Assembly (NCBI GenBank): GCA_041665485.1
Contig: JBAYIT010000003.1
Location: 3,146 to 67,145 of the forward strand
Reading direction: 5' to 3'
Length of the DNA: 64,000 nt
DNA from: Candidatus Shapirobacteria bacterium
Lineage (GTDB): Bacteria; Patescibacteriota; Microgenomatia; UBA12405
The notes below the pieces were generated by a model. It was given only the letters and a program-made list of their open reading frames with translations. It ran no database searches and was not told the origin of the DNA. Below are positions 28,831 to 37,401 of the stretch, piece by piece (the stretch's first letter is position 1; each line of letters starts with the position of its first letter). The position numbers and the translations under genes are program-made.

Positions 28831-29529
28831 TTATTTAATTTTTATTAGTTTTGCCTTCTCATCCAAAAATGGATAAATCAAAAAACAGACAATTCCGCAC
28901 AGAAAATAAAATACATAATCTTCAATGGGAACACTTAATATTTTTGTCCCCATCAAGTTTTCCGTCATCCAAGTATTTTCAATGAATCCAGGAGACACGA
29001 AAATCATTAGTTGAAAAATAGGGACAACCAGAAGGACTAACAAAATAGCGTTAACAAAGGCTGCTTTTATTAAAGATTTATTAAAAAACATTATGACTGT
29101 CGAAAAAATCAACCCAAAAATAATGGTTGCCAGAAAAGAAGAAATGTTTACTATATAGACAAGGATAAAACACAACATAAGACAGACACTAATTAACACA
29201 ATCAAAAACGTTAATCTTTTATTTGATATCGAATCCGTTGTCTTCAATTTATTTTTGAAAACGTAAAAATATAAACTAGCCGCCACCCCTCCGCTACTAA
29301 ATCCCAAAAGGATGTCTTCTATTCCAATTCTGGTATTAGTGATTGTATAAGGGCGCCACCAGTCTCTGGTCCAAAAAAAATATTCCATAATTAAACCGAT
29401 TACTGAAAGTAACAAACCATTGAATACCATCAGTCTTCGCAGATCTTTTCTTCCAGAAAAAATCAAAAACCAGGGAATAAAAAATAAACTGGAACCAAAC
29501 AAATAAACAAACCGTAGAGGAAACATCAT
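28831..29529 (-). CDS. lycopene-cyclase-domain-like membrane protein
   Basis: 232 aa and polytopic. Two 'IEDILLGF'/'PIEDYVFYF' motifs recall the CrtYcd-type lycopene cyclase domain. Confidence 0.35.
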   Translation of the reverse strand: MMFPLRFVYLFGSSLFFIPWFLIFSGRKDLRRLMVFNGLLLSVIGLIMEYFFWTRDWWRPYTITNTRIGIEDILLGFSSGGVAASLYFYVFKNKLKTTDSISNKRLTFLIVLISVCLMLCFILVYIVNISSFLATIIFGLIFSTVIMFFNKSLIKAAFVNAILLVLLVVPIFQLMIFVSPGFIENTWMTENLMGTKILSVPIEDYVFYFLCGIVCFLIYPFLDEKAKLIKIK

Positions 29530-29555
29530 CCAAATTATATCAAGCTGGTGAATTT

Positions 29556-30428
29556 TTACTTTCTAATCTTCAGTTCCGATACTAGGGTTGCTCCCAAAAT
29601 TAAACTGCCACCAATAACGGTATTCATTGTCATTGATTCATTGGCCAGCCACCAGGCAAACAAAGAAGCAAATACCGGCTCGAGTGATGTAATAATCCCC
29701 ACTTGGTTAGCCGACACCGACCGTTGGGCGTTTAGTTGCAAAAACAAGGAAATTGATGCTGGGAAAATGGCCAAATAAAGAATTGGCAACCAGACCAAAT
29801 TACTTTTGGGCCACATCGGCGCTCCGGACATTATCCCGATAATAAAACAAACCAAGCCCATTACCCACATCTGGTGAAAACATAACACCAATGGATCATG
29901 TTTACCTCTTAAAAATTTTTCTGCCAACACGTTATATAAACCAATAAATAGTGGCACCAACAGAGTAATAAAATCGCCCCTCTTCATCTGATCCACACCT
30001 CCGGTTAGCGCCCAAAGTCCAATCATTGCCATTGTCAGAGCCAGTAGAAATTTTCTTGATGGTACTTTTCTAAAAATCAGTAAACTGAAAATTGGCGTCG
30101 TAATCACAAATAGTCCGGTAATAAAACTGGAGTTTGACGAGGAAATACTCTGAATTCCTATAGTTTGACTAAGATAGGCGAAGGCGTAGACAAACCCCAG
30201 TATTATTCCCGCCTTAATACTTCCTTTGAAATCTTTTTTCAAAAGCCAAACAACTACTCCCATTAATAGTGCCGCCAGTAAAAAACGGTAAGCCACTAAA
30301 AACGGTGGACTAATCAGGGCCGTTGCTTGTTTAACAATAAAAAAACTCGAGCCCCAAATTACCGTTGCCAAAAGTAGTTGTGCTGTTGGTGAAAACAACT
30401 TACGAATTAAACCGTTTTTATTTGTCAT
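29556..30428 (-). CDS. EamA/DMT-family transporter
   Basis: 290 aa with 10 TM helices and two EamA-like halves. Confidence 0.7.
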   Translation of the reverse strand: MTNKNGLIRKLFSPTAQLLLATVIWGSSFFIVKQATALISPPFLVAYRFLLAALLMGVVVWLLKKDFKGSIKAGIILGFVYAFAYLSQTIGIQSISSSNSSFITGLFVITTPIFSLLIFRKVPSRKFLLALTMAMIGLWALTGGVDQMKRGDFITLLVPLFIGLYNVLAEKFLRGKHDPLVLCFHQMWVMGLVCFIIGIMSGAPMWPKSNLVWLPILYLAIFPASISLFLQLNAQRSVSANQVGIITSLEPVFASLFAWWLANESMTMNTVIGGSLILGATLVSELKIRK

Positions 30429-30880
30429 TGTTCTTTACAATCTCCAGCACTGGTTTGTAATGGAATTTTACTTGAATAAATTCTCCCAGTTTTATTTTCA
30501 GCATCGGAAACATTGGCTGATCAATAGCGCTCACATCCCAATTTACCTCTGGATATTTTTGCGCCAGTGTTTCGAAATCTTCGTCAATGACAAATTCTGC
30601 ATGTTCCAGTGCCGACGGGCAAACTTGCCCCTGCTTTGGTGCCACCAATTCAACCGCCGGTATCAAATTATTTTGAAATCGCCACTCTTCTCCCGCCAAT
30701 CGGTTTTTCAAAAACCATCTTCCCGATTTTTTCAAAACCCAATTTTAGTTTCTCGTAATCCTCATCCGACGACGCTTGATAGCCCAAGTGATCCAATTGG
30801 TATTTTGCTACATCAATTCCCAGTCCTTCAACTTTCTCAATCAGGTCGTCCAAAAATAATTGGTAATTATCAAAAATCAT
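30418..30880 (-). pseudogene. VOC/YecM-like metalloenzyme gene, frameshifted
   Basis: Two overlapping minus-strand ORFs (30668..30880 and 30418..30735) together encode one VOC-like protein ('DHLGYQASSDEDYEKL' ... 'IPAVELVAP'). The frame switches within atggtttttgaaaaacc (about 30690-30720). Confidence 0.5.
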
Positions 30881-30983
30881 TTTTATTTGATTTTGTTGTT
30901 TTTTATTTGTATAATTCTCCTGTAAGCGATAAGGCTTACTTGACTTTATTCAGAATCCCGGCGAAAGTCGGGATTTTTGATTT

Positions 30984-31586
30984 TTATTGCCTTCTAAGGT
31001 TTAGTCTATACTCGAAGTCTTCCGCAAATAATATATCTTTAATCACCTTGCTTTTCTTGCAGTCTACTAATTCTTTGCCAAGATGGTTTCTGGCTCCAAA
31101 GACATAAATTGTTTTCCCAAATTCCTTTTTAATATATTCGCAAACATAGGCTAGGTCGCCGTCTCCGGAAAAAATTATGGCGGTGTCGTAATTATCTTTT
31201 TCTTTAATTAAGTCAACCGCCATCTCGATATCTAAATTACATTTTTTAATAAACCCTGTTTCATATTTTTCGTCTGGAATATATTTGACTCTTTTAGAAA
31301 CAATTTCAAATCCGCTATATTGGGCCTGCCTCAATATTTTTTCAGACCACGGAGTTAATATTTTTGATCTGTCTTTTGGGCCATAGTCTTCTCCATAATA
31401 AAATCTTCTCAAAAACTTTTTACCCTTAGCAATATAGGAGACTAATTGTCCTAGATTTTTTATACCAACTGGCCAGTTTAAAGTATCCTGCCAGCGATCA
31501 ACATTGGCAAAATCGACAATCACAATATTCCTATCGATAGTTTTCGAGAGTAGTTCTAAAAACTTTTTAATATCGTTTTTGTCCAT
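30984..31586 (-). CDS. NYN-domain (LabA-like) putative RNase
   Basis: 200 aa with 'IVIVDFANV' and 'IIFSGDGDLAYV' motifs of the NYN/PIN-like fold. Low GC and AGA/GGA-rich codon usage. Confidence 0.6.
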   Translation of the reverse strand: MDKNDIKKFLELLSKTIDRNIVIVDFANVDRWQDTLNWPVGIKNLGQLVSYIAKGKKFLRRFYYGEDYGPKDRSKILTPWSEKILRQAQYSGFEIVSKRVKYIPDEKYETGFIKKCNLDIEMAVDLIKEKDNYDTAIIFSGDGDLAYVCEYIKKEFGKTIYVFGARNHLGKELVDCKKSKVIKDILFAEDFEYRLNLRRQ

Positions 31587-31649
31587 ACATTCTTTTTCTT
31601 ACCTAACTTGTCGGGTTTATCCGACATAGTCCGGCCACTGCCGGACGAA

Positions 31650-31714
31650 GTCGGGGATACTGGATTCGCTGCGTCCGGCCCAGACGGAAACCAGCAACCT
31701 CGCGCACCCTAGCC
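31650..31714 (-). pseudogene. degenerate tRNA-Pro fragment (T-arm with 20-nt insertion + acceptor 3' strand)
   Basis: rc reads GGCTAGGGTGCGCGAGGTTGCTGG-TT-[TCCGTCTGGGCCGGACGCAG]-CGAATCCAGTATCCCCGAC. It shares an exact 19-nt direct repeat (gtcggggatactggattcg, 31650-31668 and 31769-31787) with the intact tRNA. The 5' acceptor strand and anticodon arm are missing. Confidence 0.55.
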
Positions 31715-31769
31715 AAAAAACAATCCGTCACACAGTCAACTGTTAACGGTTTACTGTTAACGGTAATTG

Positions 31770-31843
31770 TCGGGGATACTGGATTCGAACCAGCAACCTC
31801 ACGGACCCCATCCGCGCGCGCTAGCCAATTGCGCCAATCCCCG
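31770..31843 (-). tRNA. tRNA-Pro (anticodon GGG)
   Basis: 74 nt folded by hand. Acceptor CGGGGAT/ATCCCCG, D-stem GCGC/GCGC, anticodon stem CGCGG/CCGTG with loop AT-GGG-GT, T-arm GCTGG-TTCGAAT-CCAGT, discriminator A. CCA is not encoded. Confidence 0.8.
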
Positions 31844-31856
31844 ATATTTAGCGCTG

Positions 31857-31904
31857 TCTGCCGACAGGCAGACTTTGCGCCAACTGTGTCCGCCCACTGG
31901 CGGA
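31857..31904. repeat. GC-rich palindromic hairpins upstream of tRNA-Pro (TCTGCC-GACA-GGCAGA; TCCGCC-CACT-GGCGGA)
   Basis: Perfect 6-bp stems. The CACT-loop hairpin recurs at 31629-31646 (GTCCGGC-CACT-GCCGGAC) and at 51909-51924 (CCCGCC-CACT-GGCGGG). Confidence 0.6.
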
Positions 31905-32065
31905 TCCCCGAAATGAGACTAATTATAAAAAGAGCGGCGCACTAGCCAACTGTGCCCGCCGAAGCGAAGCATAGGAGGGTTGCGCCAAAGCCTCTGTATT
32001 ATACCCGATTCTCCCTGTTTCTGTTTTTTAGAAATTGGAAATTTTAGATTTGGAAATTGTAGATT

Positions 32066-32722
32066 TTAAGGAGGGCATCTTTCCGACTTCACATACCCCG
32101 CCTTAATTGCCTCATTTTCACTACAAAACCACTCCTCCCCTCGATCCAGCTCCACTATTGTCGTCTCATATTGCACACATCCTGGCACATAAAATCGCTT
32201 TAAACGACTGTTACTCGGGTCAATATTGCCCTTAATATTGCACTTTTGGTTTTGCCTATTTTCTCTTTGCCAGCATTTGCCATACAATCCCTTATTATCT
32301 GCCTTATTCTTGTCGCCAACTTCTTTAAGTTTTTCCGCCACACTCGTCTGATCATGATGATACTTAACCCAACCACTTTTAATCATCTCCAAGTTTATTA
32401 ACTTGTCACCTGCGTACAATAACCCCATTGGCCGCCCCCAATTATCAAGAATTTCTTCCTCCACCCTCACTCTTTTGTTAGTTAGTAATTTTTCTAGCTC
32501 TGCTTTTGCCTCTTTCCCTCCGCAAAGATCAGCTTCAGCCGCATCAATACTTCTTAGTCTAAATCTGACTTTGCCCTCCAATGTCACCGTGTCCCCATCC
32601 AGCACTCCAATTACTTTAATCCCCTTGGCTTTTTCACTTTTCATATATTGATACCCCGTCCCCGCCATCACCGCCATCAAGCATATCGCCAGCATCCCCC
32701 CAATCACTTTTTTCTTTCTCAT
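32066..32722 (-). CDS. thermonuclease (SNase/micrococcal-nuclease-like), membrane-anchored, with Cys-containing C-terminal extension
   Basis: 218 aa with an N-terminal TM. 'VIGVLDGDTVTLEGKVRFRLRSIDAAE' is an SNase motif. The C-terminal 'KGNID...FYVPGC...WFCSENEAIKAGY' is an extra domain. Confidence 0.7.
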   Translation of the reverse strand: MRKKKVIGGMLAICLMAVMAGTGYQYMKSEKAKGIKVIGVLDGDTVTLEGKVRFRLRSIDAAEADLCGGKEAKAELEKLLTNKRVRVEEEILDNWGRPMGLLYAGDKLINLEMIKSGWVKYHHDQTSVAEKLKEVGDKNKADNKGLYGKCWQRENRQNQKCNIKGNIDPSNSRLKRFYVPGCVQYETTIVELDRGEEWFCSENEAIKAGYVKSERCPP

Positions 32723-32785
32723 TATAAAATTCTATCACCGCAAGCCATTACTCCAGAAAAGGCTCGAACTTTGATAAAATAGACC

Positions 32786-33715
32786 ATGCTTTTCGTTACC
32801 TCTTACAGTGATCCTGATTTAGACTGTATTGCTTGTATTTTAGGTTATACTGAATATCTAGCCAAAATTGGAATAGACTCTACGGGAGTTTACTCTGGAG
32901 AATTAAACCTAGAAGTAGATTTCGTCAAAAAATACACCAATTTTTTTCCACTTGAAAAGCATTTAGGTGAATTCAACGATACTGATGAATTTATTTTAGT
33001 TGATAGTTCTGATCCAATACGGATCGATCCAAGAATAAAAATTGAAAATATCGTTGAATTGTTTGACCATCGACTTACTGAACAAGTTACAAAGTTAAAA
33101 AATGCAAAAGTTCACATTGACCTCGTCGGTTCTTGCTCTACCTTAATCACTGAAGAATATATAAAAAGTAATTTAGTTCCATCAAAAAACGTTGCTATTT
33201 ATCTCTACTCCGCCATAGTCTCCAATACCGTTAATTTCAAGAATTCTGTTACCACTTCCCGAGATATTGAAATCGCAAAACGGCTAAAAGAAGTTGCCGG
33301 CTTAAATGATAATTTTACAAAAGAGATGTTTTTAGCGAAATCAAACATCTCTGCAGACAATTTATATGAAGTACTACGCCAAGATTTTGCCATTAGACCC
33401 ATATCCGATAAAATGGTTGGAATTGCTCAAGTTGAGATGGTCGACATTGGCCGAATGTCAACAGAACTTAATCAAGTATTATTGGAGTCACTGAACCGTT
33501 TTTATAACGACAATAAACTCGATTATATATTTTTTAATGGAATCGACGTTATTGAAGGCTATAACATATTTTATACAATTGATGAGGCTTCCAAAAAATT
33601 ATTTTCTCAGGTTTTAAATATCCCAGAATTAGTACCAAGACATAAAACAAACTCAATTATCATGAGAAAACAAATTTTTCATATGGTTGAGGAGTATTTT
33701 AAAAATCAAAATTAG
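32786..33715 (+). CDS. DHH-DHHA2 protein, family II inorganic pyrophosphatase (PpaC)-like with substituted motif residues
   Basis: 309 aa. 'DPDLDCIACILGY', 'ILVDSSD' (where PpaC has DHN), 'FDHR', 'VGSCSTLI' and the C-terminal DHHA2-like part align with PpaC as I recall it. Low GC. Confidence 0.55.
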   Translation: MLFVTSYSDPDLDCIACILGYTEYLAKIGIDSTGVYSGELNLEVDFVKKYTNFFPLEKHLGEFNDTDEFILVDSSDPIRIDPRIKIENIVELFDHRLTEQVTKLKNAKVHIDLVGSCSTLITEEYIKSNLVPSKNVAIYLYSAIVSNTVNFKNSVTTSRDIEIAKRLKEVAGLNDNFTKEMFLAKSNISADNLYEVLRQDFAIRPISDKMVGIAQVEMVDIGRMSTELNQVLLESLNRFYNDNKLDYIFFNGIDVIEGYNIFYTIDEASKKLFSQVLNIPELVPRHKTNSIIMRKQIFHMVEEYFKNQN

Positions 33716-33777
33716 TTCTAAAATCATCCCGACTTAAAGCCCGGCAAATCGGTAAGTGTTACACTAAAAAAGATAGA

Positions 33778-34335
33778 ATGAAACTGGCAACAAAAAGGTT
33801 AATTCTTAGAGACTGGGACGAAAAAGACATCGATGATTTGGTCGAAGGTTTAAATAATTTAGAAGTTTCAAAATGGCTGGCCAAGGCTCCCTATCCCTAT
33901 ACAAAAAAAGATGCCAGAAACTGGATAAAGTATTGCCGCGAGAACGACAAGAAAGGCAAAAAAAGGAATGCCTATTATTTTGCTATCGAACTAAAATCAG
34001 AAAAAAAAGTTATCGGCGGAGTCGGTCTTGAGAAGATAGACAGATTTCAAGGCACAGCCGGCGGAGGTATTTGGTTAAATGCGAAGTATCATGGCCATGG
34101 ATATGGCACTGAGGCTTTCGCTGAAAGAATAAGATTTGCCTTTGATAAATTAAAATTAAGAAGGATCGAGAACGGTTATTTTAAAGGCAATCAGTCTTCG
34201 TTCAAAATGCAAGAAAAACTTGGCTACAAACTTGAAGGCATAAAAAGAAAAGCCTGTAAATGTCTGGCGGATGGAAAAATTAAAGATGAGTACATCACCG
34301 GGCTTTTAAAAGAAGAGTGGAAAAATAAGGCCTAA
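33778..34335 (+). CDS. GNAT-family N-acetyltransferase (RimJ/RimL-like)
   Basis: 185 aa. 'LILRDWDEKDIDDL...' with a GNAT core 'IGGVGLEKIDRFQGTAGGGIWLNAKYHGHGYGTEA'. Confidence 0.7.
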   Translation: MKLATKRLILRDWDEKDIDDLVEGLNNLEVSKWLAKAPYPYTKKDARNWIKYCRENDKKGKKRNAYYFAIELKSEKKVIGGVGLEKIDRFQGTAGGGIWLNAKYHGHGYGTEAFAERIRFAFDKLKLRRIENGYFKGNQSSFKMQEKLGYKLEGIKRKACKCLADGKIKDEYITGLLKEEWKNKA

Positions 34336-34359
34336 CAATAATTCCCTATCCGATAAATT

Positions 34360-34878
34360 GTGGATTACGACCAAGCAACCTTACAAAAATTTGCTCAGGA
34401 AATAATGGTCATGGTTAAACACGACCAGGAAATGAGACAAAAATTTCATACAAATAAAGATTGGGATTCAAAAGTTGACCCCGCCAACACTGTCAGACTA
34501 AAAGAAATAATCGAGACCATTGGTTGGCCGTCGATTTCTAAAGTCGGCTCCGATGTTTCGTTTGGTGCTTGGCTCTTGGTCCAACACGCTGATTTCGATT
34601 TGGATTTTCAAAAAAGTTGTTTAAAACTAATGAAAAGTTTACCTAAAAACGAATGTCATCAATCAAACATGGCCTACCTTACAGACAGAATAAAAGTCAA
34701 TAGCGGCAAAAGTCAAACTTATGGTACCCAGTTTTATACCAATAAACAAGGTAAATTTACCCACCGACCCATCAAAGACCGCAAAAACCTAGACAAGCGT
34801 CGACTGTCAATGGGCTTGGAGCCTTTTGCTGAATACTCTCGATTAATGGACAATCTGGCCAAGCCCTCACCACGATGA
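34360..34878 (+). CDS. hypothetical protein (172 aa)
   Basis: GTG-initiated ORF with no family recognised. Immediately upstream of the 807-aa ORF. Confidence 0.4.
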   Translation: MDYDQATLQKFAQEIMVMVKHDQEMRQKFHTNKDWDSKVDPANTVRLKEIIETIGWPSISKVGSDVSFGAWLLVQHADFDLDFQKSCLKLMKSLPKNECHQSNMAYLTDRIKVNSGKSQTYGTQFYTNKQGKFTHRPIKDRKNLDKRRLSMGLEPFAEYSRLMDNLAKPSPR

Positions 34879-34915
34879 TACACTTGTGAGACATTATAAT
34901 GTTATGTTTTAATTT

Positions 34916-37339
34916 ATGGCGAGAGGTTTAAGTGGTGTTGAAGACCTAAAAGTGTTTCGCATGGAACCTGCCGACTTTAATGACGAAAGTTTACGCTTTC
35001 ATTGGCAAATCGATATTAAACCAACCGGAGATCATTGGCTACTTGCCCGAGAAAGAACCTGGGAGGAAGTTGACGAAGTTTTAGAAGGACGCCTTCAATC
35101 CATCCAAAAATCATTTATTGAAATCGACGGCGATCATCCGCCGGATCAAATAGCTCTGGCTTATGGTATTGATAGACCTATTGGCAACAATCTCTCCCGA
35201 GTTTTAGCTTATTCCGAAATGATCGACGAGTATCGAGTGGTTGTTGCCAGCAATCAACGAAGAGTCCAAAAGAAAAGGCAAGACTATGAGGCTCACAAAG
35301 CCTCTCTTGATGAAGATTTGGTACAAAAAAGAATTAGTTATGCTCAACATCGTCTACAACTTCAAGAGTTTTGGAATCAAGATCAAGGAATTGTTGCAAC
35401 TGAATGTACCCCAAAAATCAAACAAGCAAACAAGATGCAACAGTTAATATATAGAAAAGCTGTAATGGACTTCTTTTCCCTATCAACAGACGAGGCCTCA
35501 AAAACTCCTCTTGTTGTTGAAAACATAGCCAAACTCTATGGCGAAGCCATATTTATTGGAGATCCTACCGCCCATGGTCAAATTAAAAAGCGCGAGCCAG
35601 TCTCTACCTTTTTTACTGGTTTAACTGATTATTTAGCCACCACCACCGACAAATCACTCCTTAGACATTACACATACCGTCATTCTCCAAACATTATTAA
35701 CAGGGAAGAAGATTGCGCCGTTTTAAACCCAGCATTAATAATGGCTTTAGGGGATGACCACCCCCTGGCAGATGTCGCGCCTGGGTACCACCTTCTTGGT
35801 CAAGCCTATTATAAGTTTCTCGTTTCGCAAGCAGTCTTTATCTCGGGATCCAAAGGCTTCGAGGGCTATCCTATTATTGCTCTTATTTATGACTCTCTTA
35901 CTACTGCGGTTTTTTCCGATGATATTGCCGTGATGAGAAGTGTTGCTGGATTAATCGACACCAACCTTCAGCCCTATGCAAGAGGAGACCGTTGTTGTGC
36001 TGAAGTTAGGGCACTAGGTAAACGAACGGCGAAAAGAAAACTATTACTCAGAGATCAAGAAGTAGATACGCCACCCTCTGGGTATGACCCCATTCACCCA
36101 AATGAAAATATTAAAGCCTACATAACAGATGACGAAATTACCTTGTCCACCGCCATTAAATTTTATAACTTATTAATCAGTAGGTATCGTGAACTTTTAC
36201 CACTTAAGACTTCTCGTTTTGTTGAGGCTTTAATTGCAGATATTAAATCGGCAGAAAAATCCGCCTCTGATTCAGCTCATAAATTGGCAGGAGAACCGAC
36301 AGACACAGGATATGCGCTAATGCAGGCTTATGACACTGTTTATCAACAAGTTCTCATCAGTGGTTATTTCAGAAGAGTAAGTTCATCTAGGAATTTAATC
36401 GACGGTCTGTTGTCACTCAACCGAGGTTTACTTTTTCCCGTTGAAGCCGATCCACAATCCACGCGAGTCTTAAGCACTTTTATGGGTAAATTAAACATCG
36501 AACATGGTGCGCTTGTTGCCAAAGCAGAAAAACTAGAAATTCTAAAATCAATCCAAGAAAAAAGAGCTCTTTGCCAAGAGCAGGACCAACCACTTTACGA
36601 CAATGAAATTATTAAATTATATTTAAATTGTTTTTTTGCTGAAACAGTCGAAAGTTTAATCGAGACCAAAAAAGAAAACGACTCTTTACGGCGGGAAGTA
36701 ATCGACAATTCGGTTTGGTTTGTTTCTCCTAGGGGTGATCGTTTTTCAGTTAGAAACGATCCGGAACTTACTGACTATGGGGTTGCTTCTATAACTTTCA
36801 CCATCGACAAAACCTGTCCCCGTGAGTACCAAGTTTTTCTCCAAGTCGAAGGGCTGTCTGACCCCCTGGTATTTTGGTTAGATAAAAATGGTGAGGTTGT
36901 GGGTAGGTCGCATGAACCGCTAGTTTGTGATGTTGGTTTTAAAGAACGTCTAGAGAATCTCCTCCTCAAGCGTTTATACACTATAACATCCGGTATTCTT
37001 GCCGAGGAAGAAGATCCCGAACCGGGGACAGCCGGAGGACCTAGTTTCAGCTATACTCGTGCCCATTATGATCTTCTTGTGTCAACACCGGGCAGAAGAA
37101 TTACCATGGAATCTCATGGGGCCGAAACTCACGCTAGAGAAATTAAGGAAGAATATGGTATCGATATTTTTGAAGAAATTCGTCGTCGTCGGGCCCGAGG
37201 CACATTGGAGCAAAACCAATTTATAACTTTTTCCCGAGAGCATATTCCCGATGTGGTTCAACACCCCCTTCTTCCCAATGAATTGATATACGACCCATCT
37301 CAGGTCAAAATACAACTGTCTCGATCCACGAACCAATAG
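34916..37339 (+). CDS. large hypothetical protein (807 aa), no recognisable domain
   Basis: Long uninterrupted ORF predicted cytoplasmic, with no TM segment, P-loop, HEPN or nuclease motif I can identify. GC is higher (about 45%) than the flanking low-GC genes. Confidence 0.6.
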   Translation: MARGLSGVEDLKVFRMEPADFNDESLRFHWQIDIKPTGDHWLLARERTWEEVDEVLEGRLQSIQKSFIEIDGDHPPDQIALAYGIDRPIGNNLSRVLAYSEMIDEYRVVVASNQRRVQKKRQDYEAHKASLDEDLVQKRISYAQHRLQLQEFWNQDQGIVATECTPKIKQANKMQQLIYRKAVMDFFSLSTDEASKTPLVVENIAKLYGEAIFIGDPTAHGQIKKREPVSTFFTGLTDYLATTTDKSLLRHYTYRHSPNIINREEDCAVLNPALIMALGDDHPLADVAPGYHLLGQAYYKFLVSQAVFISGSKGFEGYPIIALIYDSLTTAVFSDDIAVMRSVAGLIDTNLQPYARGDRCCAEVRALGKRTAKRKLLLRDQEVDTPPSGYDPIHPNENIKAYITDDEITLSTAIKFYNLLISRYRELLPLKTSRFVEALIADIKSAEKSASDSAHKLAGEPTDTGYALMQAYDTVYQQVLISGYFRRVSSSRNLIDGLLSLNRGLLFPVEADPQSTRVLSTFMGKLNIEHGALVAKAEKLEILKSIQEKRALCQEQDQPLYDNEIIKLYLNCFFAETVESLIETKKENDSLRREVIDNSVWFVSPRGDRFSVRNDPELTDYGVASITFTIDKTCPREYQVFLQVEGLSDPLVFWLDKNGEVVGRSHEPLVCDVGFKERLENLLLKRLYTITSGILAEEEDPEPGTAGGPSFSYTRAHYDLLVSTPGRRITMESHGAETHAREIKEEYGIDIFEEIRRRRARGTLEQNQFITFSREHIPDVVQHPLLPNELIYDPSQVKIQLSRSTNQ

Positions 37340-37401
37340 TCTAAATAGTCTAAGTTTTAAACTCTCTTCACTTCTAAAATTCTATATGAGAGACTATTTA
37401 T

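Noticed and set aside
30460-31107. 215-aa plus-strand ORF spanning the VOC and NYN genes
   Set aside because: It runs antisense to two minus-strand genes with real homology and has a low-complexity translation, so it is not called.
31590-32065. tmRNA, SRP RNA or second intact tRNA in the GC-rich tRNA-Pro region
   Set aside because: The tRNA-like pieces lack a pairing acceptor 5' strand or an anticodon arm. No tag-peptide reading frame and no GGAAGGAAGCAGC SRP motif were found. Only one tRNA folds correctly.
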